Source: Halarchaeum salinum
GTDB lineage: Archaea; Halobacteriota; Halobacteria; Halobacteriales; Halobacteriaceae
DNA length: 24,000 nt
NCBI RefSeq assembly: GCF_039520965.1
Contig: NZ_BAAABL010000042.1
Span: 236,916 to 260,915 of the forward strand
Reading direction: 5' to 3'
In this document: positions 1-6,994 of the stretch, in pieces
Layout: the number at the start of each line of letters is the position of its first letter
How positions within the stretch are numbered: the first letter of the stretch is position 1
Notes under the pieces: model-generated
Told to the model about the DNA's origin: nothing
What the model saw: the letters and a program-made list of their open reading frames with translations, nothing else
The model's database searches: none
Translations under genes and position numbers: made by a program

Positions 1-103
1 CCGCGAGGTGGACGAGCGTCCCGTCGAGGTCGTAGACGACGCCATCGTAGCCGTCGTCGGCGTCCGTATCGCTCACGACTACCCGTTGACTGTCGGCGAT
101 CAT
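1..103 (-). CDS. HAD-superfamily hydrolase, N-terminal fragment (gene runs off the left edge)
   Basis: Reverse complement from ATG (101-103) reads MIADSQRVVVSDTDADDGYDGVVYDLDGTLVHLA. DLDGT matches HAD motif I (DxDxT). Absent from the ORF track because it is truncated. Confidence 0.5.
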   Translation of the reverse strand, partial: MIADSQRVVVSDTDADDGYDGVVYDLDGTLVHLA

Positions 104-225
104 AGCGCCTTCGGCGCACGGGGCCGGAAACGCTGGCCTTTTGCCGTGTGCGGGCGCACGCAGTTGCATGACGAGACACGCAGACGGCGAGGGTCGCCTC
201 GCGTTCGGTCGCGGCCGACGCGACG

Positions 226-870
226 GTGACGACCGTGGGTAGCCTCGCACGGTTCCGCGCGGACGTCGAGGCCGTCGTCGAGGCGGACCCGGCCGCGAAG
301 AGCCGCCTCGAAGTGCTGTTGTGCTACCCGGGACTTCACGCGGTCTGGGCACACGTCTTGACGCACGCCCTCTGGGAGGACGGCGAGCGCCTGCTCGCTC
401 GCATCGTCTCCCAACTCGTCCGCTGGCTTACCGGCGTCGAAATTCACCCTGGCGCGGAGCTCGGCGATCGCGTCGTCATCGACCACGGGATGGGCGTCGT
501 CATCGGCGAAACCGCGGTCGTCGGCGACGACGTTCACATGTACCACGGTGTAACTCTCGGCGGCGCGGACAAACGGCCCGTGAAACGCCACCCAACCGTC
601 GGCGACGGCGTCACCATCGGTGCCGACGCGACGCTCCTCGGCGACATCGAGATCGGCGACGGTGCGAAGGTCGGTGCCGGTGCCGTCGTCACGTCCGACG
701 TCGAACCGGGCGCGACGATGATCGGCGTGCCCGCCGAGCGCGTTGATCGCGACGCGGAGGACCCCGAGGTCGCGACCCCGGACGACACGACGAACGGCGG
801 CGACGCTGAGACAGCAGACGACGACCCGATCGGCGACGGCGCTGCGACGTCGAACGACACCGAGGAGTGA
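226..870 (+). CDS. cysE: Serine O-acetyltransferase (left-handed beta-helix hexapeptide transferase)
   Basis: 214-aa ORF with GTG start. Contains [12 protein letters not shown] and [41 protein letters not shown], followed by hexapeptide repeats typical of CysE, and an acidic C-terminal tail. No TATA-like box at -24..-31, so the start is less certain. Confidence 0.82.
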   Translation: MTTVGSLARFRADVEAVVEADPAAKSRLEVLLCYPGLHAVWAHVLTHALWEDGERLLARIVSQLVRWLTGVEIHPGAELGDRVVIDHGMGVVIGETAVVGDDVHMYHGVTLGGADKRPVKRHPTVGDGVTIGADATLLGDIEIGDGAKVGAGAVVTSDVEPGATMIGVPAERVDRDAEDPEVATPDDTTNGGDAETADDDPIGDGAATSNDTEE

Positions 871-913
871 ACACGACGGGCGAGGTGGATCCCGGTCCCG
901 CCCGTCGAGACGC

Positions 914-1447
914 TTACTCCGAGACGAGCGTCACGTCGAGACGTTCTTCGAGCGCGCGCACGACGCTCCCGCCGACGCCGGCCTTCGTCGCGCGACCCTG
1001 TTCGACTGCGAGGAGATCGTTCTCGTCGACATCGAGCTCCTCGGCGAGTTCGGCGAGCTGGAGACCTTCCTCTTGGCGGGCTGCCTCGACGCGCTCGCCG
1101 TACCCCGAGACGAGGTATGGGAGCCGGTCGCGCTCGTAGTTCGTCCCGTGCTCCTCCCAGTGTGAGGAGTCACCGCGCGACGCGTCGATCTGTTTCGCTG
1201 CCGTACGGACCGCGCTGTTGCGCTCGCGCTCGCTCCCGCCGCTACTCCCGGAGGAGGACCCACTCTCGGCGTTCGTGTTCCGCCGCGAGCGTTTCTTGCT
1301 CTCGTCGAGGTCGGCGCAGTCCCGACAGACAGTGAGCTCGGCACCCGCGACGGACGCCGTCGTCAGGGAGTCGGTGGACGTTCCACAGAGCTCACAGGTG
1401 CCCCCGCCGCCGCCACCGGAGGAGCCGCCCGTGGAGTATTTTGCCAT
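914..1447 (-). CDS. mbf1: Archaeal multiprotein-bridging factor 1 (N-terminal zinc ribbon plus C-terminal XRE-type HTH)
   Basis: Zinc ribbon CELCG...CRDC, Gly/Ser-rich linker, then the HTH segment GLQLAELAEELDVDENDLLAVEQGR. Start moved to the internal ATG at 1445-1447 (MAKYSTGG), which has a TATA-like box 24 nt upstream. Confidence 0.85.
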   Translation of the reverse strand: MAKYSTGGSSGGGGGGTCELCGTSTDSLTTASVAGAELTVCRDCADLDESKKRSRRNTNAESGSSSGSSGGSERERNSAVRTAAKQIDASRGDSSHWEEHGTNYERDRLPYLVSGYGERVEAARQEEGLQLAELAEELDVDENDLLAVEQGRATKAGVGGSVVRALEERLDVTLVSE

Positions 1448-1470
1448 ACCCCCCGGTATGCGGAGCGACC

Positions 1471-1479
1471 ATTTCAATA
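1471..1479 (-). promoter_or_regulatory. TATA-like box for mbf1 (TATTGAAAT on the minus strand)
   Basis: AT-rich 9-mer at -24..-32 from the mbf1 ATG, the geometry expected for a leaderless haloarchaeal transcript. Confidence 0.4.
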
Positions 1480-1607
1480 CGGCGCTTCGCAGGGTAGTGG
1501 CCCCGCTGTGTGTCGTGGTTTCGAGTAGGAAGTTGTGCGTGGGTGATGTCCCGAAAGGGAATCACCGTGCATCGCTTTGCCGCGGGTGAGTGCCCGCGTG
1601 AGTGCGA

Positions 1608-1692
<85 letters not shown>

Positions 1693-1860
1693 TCGCTCTC
1701 GCGTTCGCATTCATTCGTACTGCTGGGTTAAGTAAGAGGCTTGCGATTCGCCCCCGGAGTGCGACACCGAATCAGGGGGCGGTCGCAACGATTCGCGTCG
1801 TTCAGCGTTGTGGCCGTGCGGTTTCACCGACGCGCCGATCGGACGCTGGATCGACGGCTT

Positions 1861-1888
1861 CCTCCCCTCCCCCGTTCTGCAAATGTTC
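1861..1888 (+). promoter_or_regulatory. ORB-like origin recognition box 1 (C-string plus CGTTCTGCAAATGTTC)
   Basis: cctcccctcccccGTTCTGCAAATGTTC. One of four copies of the same ~27-bp element around orc1. Confidence 0.7.
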
Positions 1889-2046
1889 TGGCATGGAACG
1901 TACGGGGGCAGTACGTGTACACCCCAGAACACGGGGTACAAAACTGTGAGATTCCGGAATCCAAACCTGAAAATAGATCTCCGACGTCGAGCCGCGTCAC
2001 GATCTCCTTCGGTGTGTTCGAGCCGGTGCGACAGCGGCCACTCCCG

Positions 2047-2073
2047 CACCCCCACCCCGTTTTGCAAATGTTC
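2047..2073 (+). promoter_or_regulatory. ORB-like origin recognition box 2 (C-string plus CGTTTTGCAAATGTTC)
   Basis: cacccccaccccGTTTTGCAAATGTTC, in the same orientation as ORB1 and 185 bp from it. Confidence 0.7.
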
Positions 2074-2094
2074 TGAGCGACGACGGACGGTCCT

Positions 2095-2172
2095 GACCGG
2101 GGAAATCGGCCGAGTGGAACCGACACGGCCGGGTGGAACCGACCGGGGAAATCGGCCGGGTGGAACCGACAC
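2095..2172 (+). repeat. Direct-repeat array just downstream of the orc1 stop: a 32-bp unit twice plus a 17-bp half unit
   Basis: gaccggggaaatcggccgAgtggaaccgacac (2095-2126) and gaccggggaaatcggccgGgtggaaccgacac (2141-2172). GGCCGRGTGGAACCGAC occurs three times (2108-2124, 2127-2143, 2154-2170). Confidence 0.85.
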
Positions 2173-2202
2173 GCGGATCGTGGCAGGTCGATTTTCCGCG
2201 AC

Positions 2203-3384
2203 TCACTCCTCCGCGCCGAGAACGGAGGTGACGATGGCGGGCCCGACGTCGAGTTCGTACTCGTAGTACTGACCGCCGCTACGGCCGTGGTTGCGGTCGT
2301 ACTGCGTCAAAAACCCGAGCATCGCGAGGTCGATCAGGTGGTCGTGGACGGAGCGCTGGCTGAGCGGATCGACGCCGTTCTCTGCACAGACACGTTCGTA
2401 CATCCCGTACGCCTTCTTGGCCCGTACAGGCGTGTGCGCTTCTATCGCGAGGTTCGTGACCGCGAGAAGCGTGTAGCGTCCGTGCGTCGTCAGATCGCGG
2501 ATCGAGTCTTTCACGCGGCCGCGCTCGACGCGGTTCTCCGCGGCACCGACGTCCACCTCCGTAACCGACTCGCGGCCGTCCTCAACAGCGACGTTCGCGG
2601 CTTCGCGGAGCAAGTCGATCGCTTGCCGTGCGCTTCCCCGATCTTGCGCGGCGAGCGCTGCGCATTTCGGAATGACGGAGTCGTCGAGAACGCCCGGCGA
2701 GAGCCCTTTCTCCGCCCGGTCCGAGAGGATCGTTCGGAGCTCGTTCGCGTCGTACGGCGGAAATTTGATCTCGCGCTCGCAGAGTGTGTCCTGTACCTTC
2801 GAGGAGAGGTCGTTCCGGAAGGTGTAGTCGTTCGAAATCCCGATCACCCCGACCTGCGAGTGTTCGATATTGCCGTTCGCTTTCGCGCGCGGGAGTTGAT
2901 AGAGGAGGATGTCATCGTCCCCGAGATTGTCGATCTCGTCGAGCACCACAAGAACTGTTCCTTCACGATCCTCGATCTCCTCGAAGAGCGCAGTGAGCAC
3001 GTCCGCGGTCGAACGTCCCGTCGTGATGGTCTCCCGATCCGTGTCCGCACGGAGTTCGTTCACTAATGCAATAGCCGCCTGATACGACGACGGGTGGTGG
3101 TGACAGTTTACCTCGGTGACGTGGACGTCATCGACGTCCGGGCGCTGGTCGGCCTCGACGCGTAACATCTCCATCATGTAGCGCGTCACCGCAGTCTTTC
3201 CGACGCCGGTTTTGCCATAGACGAAGACGTTCTCCGGTTCCCACCCATCTACGACGTCCTGTAATGCGTTCGCGTACGCCTCGATCTCTTCGTCGCGTTC
3301 GAGGATCTCTGCAGGTTCGTACTGCTGTTTCAGGACGTTCTTGTCCGTGAAGATCCCTGCGCGCTTTCGAAACGGCGTATCCAT
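2203..3384 (-). CDS. orc1: Orc1/Cdc6 replication initiator (AAA+ domain plus winged helix)
   Basis: 393 aa. Walker A is YGKTGVGKT and Walker B is VLVVLDEID. The N-terminus has the typical ILERDEEIE region. Flanked on both sides by ORB-like repeats. Confidence 0.95.
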   Translation of the reverse strand: MDTPFRKRAGIFTDKNVLKQQYEPAEILERDEEIEAYANALQDVVDGWEPENVFVYGKTGVGKTAVTRYMMEMLRVEADQRPDVDDVHVTEVNCHHHPSSYQAAIALVNELRADTDRETITTGRSTADVLTALFEEIEDREGTVLVVLDEIDNLGDDDILLYQLPRAKANGNIEHSQVGVIGISNDYTFRNDLSSKVQDTLCEREIKFPPYDANELRTILSDRAEKGLSPGVLDDSVIPKCAALAAQDRGSARQAIDLLREAANVAVEDGRESVTEVDVGAAENRVERGRVKDSIRDLTTHGRYTLLAVTNLAIEAHTPVRAKKAYGMYERVCAENGVDPLSQRSVHDHLIDLAMLGFLTQYDRNHGRSGGQYYEYELDVGPAIVTSVLGAEE

Positions 3385-3410
3385 CGCTACCGACTTTAGG
3401 TTCGATGGGG

Positions 3411-3470
3411 ACTGTTATAAGTGTACTCTTCTAATGTTTCTTGAGTTTCTCGTGTTTTCTCATCTTCTGA
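3411..3470. other. AT-rich candidate duplex-unwinding element; also contains the putative orc1 TATA box (TTATAA, 3415-3420)
   Basis: Hand count gives 40/60 A+T (67%) in a window that is otherwise about 30% A+T. It is T-rich on the plus strand and lies between the orc1 start and ORB3. Confidence 0.45.
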
Positions 3471-3554
3471 GCGTTCGAGTCATGTCCGATCGGACACCCA
3501 CAGTAGGCCGGTAGCCCCGACGAAATCGCCGTAGTCGGCTATTGATACTGCGTC

Positions 3555-3580
3555 GAACATTTGCAGAACGGGGGTGGGGT
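3555..3580 (-). promoter_or_regulatory. ORB-like origin recognition box 3 (inverted relative to ORB1/2)
   Basis: GAACATTTGCAGAACGggggtggggt is the reverse complement of the ORB1-type core, with a G-string. Confidence 0.7.
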
Positions 3581-3636
3581 CCCCTTCTCGACACGGTGAT
3601 GGGTCGAGCGCTGGCACCGGTCCTCCCGTGTCCCCG

Positions 3637-3664
3637 GAACATTTGCAAAACGGGGAGGGGGAGG
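3637..3664 (-). promoter_or_regulatory. ORB-like origin recognition box 4 (inverted relative to ORB1/2)
   Basis: GAACATTTGCAAAACGgggagggggagg is the reverse complement of the ORB2-type core, with a G-string. It lies 82 bp from ORB3. Confidence 0.7.
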
Positions 3665-3826
3665 AGAGAACACGCGAAGTGAGGGGAGAAGCGGCGATAC
3701 GGAAATGGGGTGTAATAGCGCGATAGAGGGGCCTCTACCGTACGTGCGTGCCGTCGGGACGACAACCGTCGACCACGACTCCTGATAGTGGCGACTAGGA
3801 GCGCGTACGGCCGCGAGCGTCGACCC

Positions 3827-4525
3827 CTACAACCGCGAGCCGTGGGGGTGTGACTCCGCGACGTAGTCCAGGAAGTTCGTGAAGAGTCGCTTCACGCGCG
3901 TCGCCTCGCCGTAGTGCTCCCGGTTCAGGTGATCCATAACAGTCTCGATGTGCTCCTCGCGGACGTCCCGCTCCTCCAGTACGAGCGTGGCCGTGTAGAG
4001 GTCGAACTCGGGGTGGAACTGCACGCCGAACGCGTGGCCGGCACGGAACGCGTGGACGTCGGTGAAGTTGTTCCCGGCCAGCCGCACCGCATCATCGGGA
4101 AGCGTCGTCACCTCGTCGCGGTGCGCGGTGAACGCCGTGAACCACTCGCCAAGGCCGTCGAGTAGCGCCGAGTCGTGTACGCGGTGGATCTCGTGGAACC
4201 CGACCTCGAACTCGTCCATCGGCTCGACGGTCCCGCCGAGGGCCGTCGCGAGTAGCTGGTGGCCAAAGCAGACGCCGAGAGTCGGTAGCCGGCGATCGAC
4301 GGCCCCGCGGACCCACGACCGCAACCGCGGGATCCACGGTCGATCGTCGTACACCGCGTACGGCGAGCCGCTGATGACGACGGCGTCGTAGTCACCGTAC
4401 GAGTTCGGGAACCCCCCGTTCACGACATCGAACGCCGAGACGACCGCTGGGAGCTCGCGCCGGAAGTTCCGCCGGGCGTCGTCGACGTTCTCCGAGGCGA
4501 CGAGCAGCGCGACACGCGGACGCAT
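3827..4525 (-). CDS. Class-I (type 1) glutamine amidotransferase domain protein
   Basis: 232 aa. Nucleophile elbow GVCFGHQLL and the His/Glu region FGVQFHPEF. TTCTTAGG lies at -24..-31 of the ATG. Confidence 0.85.
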   Translation of the reverse strand: MRPRVALLVASENVDDARRNFRRELPAVVSAFDVVNGGFPNSYGDYDAVVISGSPYAVYDDRPWIPRLRSWVRGAVDRRLPTLGVCFGHQLLATALGGTVEPMDEFEVGFHEIHRVHDSALLDGLGEWFTAFTAHRDEVTTLPDDAVRLAGNNFTDVHAFRAGHAFGVQFHPEFDLYTATLVLEERDVREEHIETVMDHLNREHYGEATRVKRLFTNFLDYVAESHPHGSRL

Positions 4526-4567
4526 ACTCGCGATTACGCGCGTCGCGACCTAAGAACCTCGGCGATA

Positions 4568-4583
4568 ACCCAAAAAAGCGGGA
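4568..4583 (-). terminator. Possible oligo-T terminator after purF (cccgcTTTTTTggg on the minus strand)
   Basis: T6 run about 50 nt past the purF stop. Archaeal termination typically uses oligo-T tracts. Confidence 0.35.
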
Positions 4584-4626
4584 TCACGAGCCGGCGATCA
4601 GCGTAAGCGTCCGGTCGCAACGGCCG

Positions 4627-6102
4627 TCAGTCGTCGGCGGGTGCGTCCGCGCCGACCGTGGGCCGTCGCACGTCCCGGTCAGTGGTCTCGCCGTCGATGT
4701 CGTAGGGGTATTCGCCGGTGACACAGCCGAGGCAGAGATCGGCACGCGAGCGTCCGAGCGCTTCGGTCACGGCGTCGACGGAGAGATAGGAGAGGCTGTC
4801 CGCGCCGATCTCCTCGGCGATCTTCTCCTCGCTCTTCTCGGCGGCGATGAGTTCGTCGCGGGTCGCCATGTCGATCCCCATGTAGCAGGGCGCGACGATG
4901 GGGGGTGCGCCGATACGGATGTGGACCTCCTCCGCGCCGGCCTCGCGGACGAGCTTGACGAGTTGGTTCGACGTCGTCCCGCGGACGATGCTGTCGTCGA
5001 TGATCGTCACTGACCTGCCCTCGACGGTCGATCTGATCGGGTTGAGCTTCAGGCGGACGGCGCGCTCGCGCGCCTCCTGGGTCGGCATGATGAACGTCCG
5101 GCCGACGTAGCGGTTTTTCATCAGTCCCTCGGCGAACTCGACGCCTCCGCCGTCGCCTTCTTGGGAGGCGTCGGCGTAGCCGGAGGCGAATGCTCGCCCT
5201 GAGTCCGGGACGGGCATCACGACGTCGCTTTCGACGGACGACTCCTCCCAGAGCTTGCGTCCGAGTTCGCGCCGGACCTCGTAGACGAGCTCGCCGTCGA
5301 TGGTCGAATCCGGGCGCGCGAAGTAGACGTGTTCGAAGAAGCAGTGGGCGGTGTTCTCCCGCTCGACGAGCTGGTAGGAGTCGAAGCCGCTCCCGTCCTC
5401 GTGGAGCACGACGAGTTCGCCGGGCCGGACGTCGCGGACGAGGTCGCCGCCGAGGGTGTCGATGGCGGCGGATTCGGAGGCGAGGACGTAGCCGCCGTCG
5501 ATCTCCCCGATGCAGAGCGGTCGGTTCCCCTCTGGGTCGCGGACGCCGAGGATGGTGTCGTCGTGGCTGATCGTGAGCGCGTACGACCCGTGGATGCGGT
5601 TCATCGTCCGCTTGACGGCGCGCACGAGGTCCTCCTCTAAGAGGTTGCGCGCGAGGTCGTGGGCGATGACCTCGGTGTCGCCGTCGCTCGTGAAGGCGTG
5701 GCCGGATTCGGCGAGTTCGTTGCGGACGCTCGCGGCGTTGACGAGGTTGCCGTTGTGGCTGAGCCCGAGCGCACCGCCCTTAAAGGAGACCGTGAAGGGT
5801 TGCGCACAGGACTTATCGACGCTCCCTGCGGTGGGGTAGCGGACGTGGCCGATGGCTGCGCTCCCCTGGAGTGCCTCGATGTCACTCTCGTCGAAGGCGT
5901 CGCCGACGAGGCCCATTTCGACGTGATCGTGTTGCTGGAACCCGTCGTGCGTGACGATCCCGGCCGACTCCTGCCCCCGGTGCTGGAGCGCGTACAGTGC
6001 GTAGTACGTCGGGAGCGCGGCCGAACGCTCGTCGAGGGAGATCCCCACGACACCGCACTTCTCCCGCGGCCCGTTCGTCACCGTCTCGTCCCGCCCTGTC
6101 AT
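4627..6102 (-). CDS. purF: Amidophosphoribosyltransferase (glutamine PRPP amidotransferase)
   Basis: Ntn-type nucleophile in PREKCGVVG, plus LQHRGQESAGI and the PRTase motif VTIIDDSIVRGTT. Start moved from 6288 to the ATG at 6100-6102 (MTGRDETV), which has GTTTTAC at -24..-30. Confidence 0.9.
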   Translation of the reverse strand: MTGRDETVTNGPREKCGVVGISLDERSAALPTYYALYALQHRGQESAGIVTHDGFQQHDHVEMGLVGDAFDESDIEALQGSAAIGHVRYPTAGSVDKSCAQPFTVSFKGGALGLSHNGNLVNAASVRNELAESGHAFTSDGDTEVIAHDLARNLLEEDLVRAVKRTMNRIHGSYALTISHDDTILGVRDPEGNRPLCIGEIDGGYVLASESAAIDTLGGDLVRDVRPGELVVLHEDGSGFDSYQLVERENTAHCFFEHVYFARPDSTIDGELVYEVRRELGRKLWEESSVESDVVMPVPDSGRAFASGYADASQEGDGGGVEFAEGLMKNRYVGRTFIMPTQEARERAVRLKLNPIRSTVEGRSVTIIDDSIVRGTTSNQLVKLVREAGAEEVHIRIGAPPIVAPCYMGIDMATRDELIAAEKSEEKIAEEIGADSLSYLSVDAVTEALGRSRADLCLGCVTGEYPYDIDGETTDRDVRRPTVGADAPADD

Positions 6103-6125
6103 GGTTCCTCCTGGGTCGGCATCAC

Positions 6126-6132
6126 GTAAAAC
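6126..6132 (-). promoter_or_regulatory. TATA-like box for purF (GTTTTAC on the minus strand)
   Basis: Lies at -24..-30 from the ATG at 6102. Confidence 0.4.
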
Positions 6133-6375
6133 ATCCGTGGTTGTGAACCGAATTGCCGACAGACGGTCCGTGGTATGCATGTATATGGGTACTACTGCTG
6201 TGCCGTCCCGTCGAGGACCGACGCTCGTCGGTCGTCCCGATGGGGCCGTCCCAGCGGTAGGACAGCGGCGTCGCGACGGCGGGGGCATCGTGGCGTAGAC
6301 GCCGAAACGAACGCACCGTGAGTGTACGCGGTTCGTGCCGTTGAGTGACGAGAGCGCGCCAGCTATCGGAGTATC

Positions 6376-6447
6376 GACGATGCACGGAGCGACGGTGATA
6401 CACGGCGCGATGGTGATACACGGCGCGACGGTGATACACGGCGCGAC
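6376..6447. repeat. 18-bp intergenic tandem repeat (GGTGATACACGGCGCGAY), three full copies plus a degenerate leading copy
   Basis: Full copies at 6394-6411, 6412-6429 and 6430-6447. They are preceded by the degenerate gatgcacggagcgac. No spacers are present, so this is not CRISPR-like. Confidence 0.85.
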
Positions 6448-6506
6448 GGAGCCATCGCCTTCGTGTCACGGTTTCGGGCGACGGCCAACACCGTCGCTAC
6501 CGGTGT

Positions 6507-6528
6507 GAAAACGGAAAGAGAAAAGCGG
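6507..6528 (-). terminator. T-rich tract directly after the rpl37e stop (ccgcTTTTCTCTTTCCGTTTTC on the minus strand)
   Basis: Pyrimidine/T-rich run abutting the stop codon at 6529-6531, at the end of the lsm-rpl37e pair. Confidence 0.45.
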
Positions 6529-6702
6529 TTATTCGCCCTGCTTCGACTGCCACTCGTAGCTGCGGCGCTTGGCGGACTTGCCGAAGCCACAGCTCGAGCA
6601 GACCTTCTTCCGCGAGTGGTACGACTTCTCACCACAGCGGCGGCACTTGACGTGCGTCGTCTTGTTCTTCTTCCCCTGGCTCGGCGTACCGGCTCCAGTC
6701 AT
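6529..6702 (-). CDS. rpl37e: 50S ribosomal protein L37e
   Basis: Hand translation gives [57 protein letters not shown] (57 aa, below the ORF-track cutoff). It has a C4 zinc ribbon. The ATG overlaps the lsm stop (ATGA). Confidence 0.9.
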   Translation of the reverse strand: MTGAGTPSQGKKNKTTHVKCRRCGEKSYHSRKKVCSSCGFGKSAKRRSYEWQSKQGE

Positions 6703-6893
6703 GGGTTGATCGTTACGACGTTATCGCCGCGTATAACGATTGTGTCTTCACCCGCGTCGGTGTTCTCCAGGACGAGGTTCATATGCTGGTCGTAGCCGGT
6801 GAGGACCCCGATGTGCTCCCCACCGTCTTTGAGTACCACGGTCACGGTCTCTTCGAGGGAGGCTTCGAGGACGTCCAGCGGTCGGCCGCTCAT
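6699..6893 (-). CDS. lsm: Sm-like (LSm) archaeal RNA-binding protein
   Basis: [44 protein letters not shown]...[11 protein letters not shown] carries the Sm1/Sm2 motifs. Start set at the ATG at 6891-6893, with TTTATG at -25..-30. Confidence 0.9.
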   Translation of the reverse strand: MSGRPLDVLEASLEETVTVVLKDGGEHIGVLTGYDQHMNLVLENTDAGEDTIVIRGDNVVTINP

Positions 6894-6917
6894 ACAACAT
6901 CGGGTGCCCGTCGCACG

Positions 6918-6923
6918 CATAAA
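6918..6923 (-). promoter_or_regulatory. TATA-like box for lsm-rpl37e (TTTATG on the minus strand)
   Basis: Lies at -25..-30 from the lsm ATG. Confidence 0.4.
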
Positions 6924-6994
6924 CGTACCGACTCCTCCGGCAGTCGAAACGCGCACGCGTCCGTCGCTCCGCCCAGAGGTCGACGGCGCTCCGC

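Noticed and set aside
321-746. Arg/Pro/Ser-rich ORFs in alternative frames. Examples: 321..746, 5190..5570, 6748..7473, 7326..8243, 13419..14297, 15754..16734, 16919..18010, 20219..21100, 23314..23850.
   Set aside because: These are off-frame readings of GC-rich coding sequence. Their composition is typical of frame-shifted artefacts and they overlap well-supported genes.
1711-2266. ORFs crossing the origin-flanking non-coding DNA: 1602..1949, 1711..2172, 1741..2076, 1808..2266, 1824..2126, 1997..2206 and 3460..3765.
   Set aside because: They run through the tRNA gene, the ORB elements or the direct-repeat array. They show no coding-type third-position bias by eye, and the regions are better explained as origin DNA.
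6103-6288. N-terminal extensions of track ORFs: purF to 6288, lsm to 6956, M42 peptidase to 8137, mutY to 22539, transporter from 22413, zincin from 8351, mbf1 to 1477.
   Set aside because: Family-typical N-termini begin at internal start codons, several of which have a TATA-like box 24-31 nt upstream. The extensions are Arg/Pro-rich and overlap neighbouring features.
6376-6447. Possibility that the 18-bp tandem repeat is a tiny CRISPR array.
   Set aside because: The repeats are contiguous with no spacers, the unit is too short, and no cas genes or leader are nearby.
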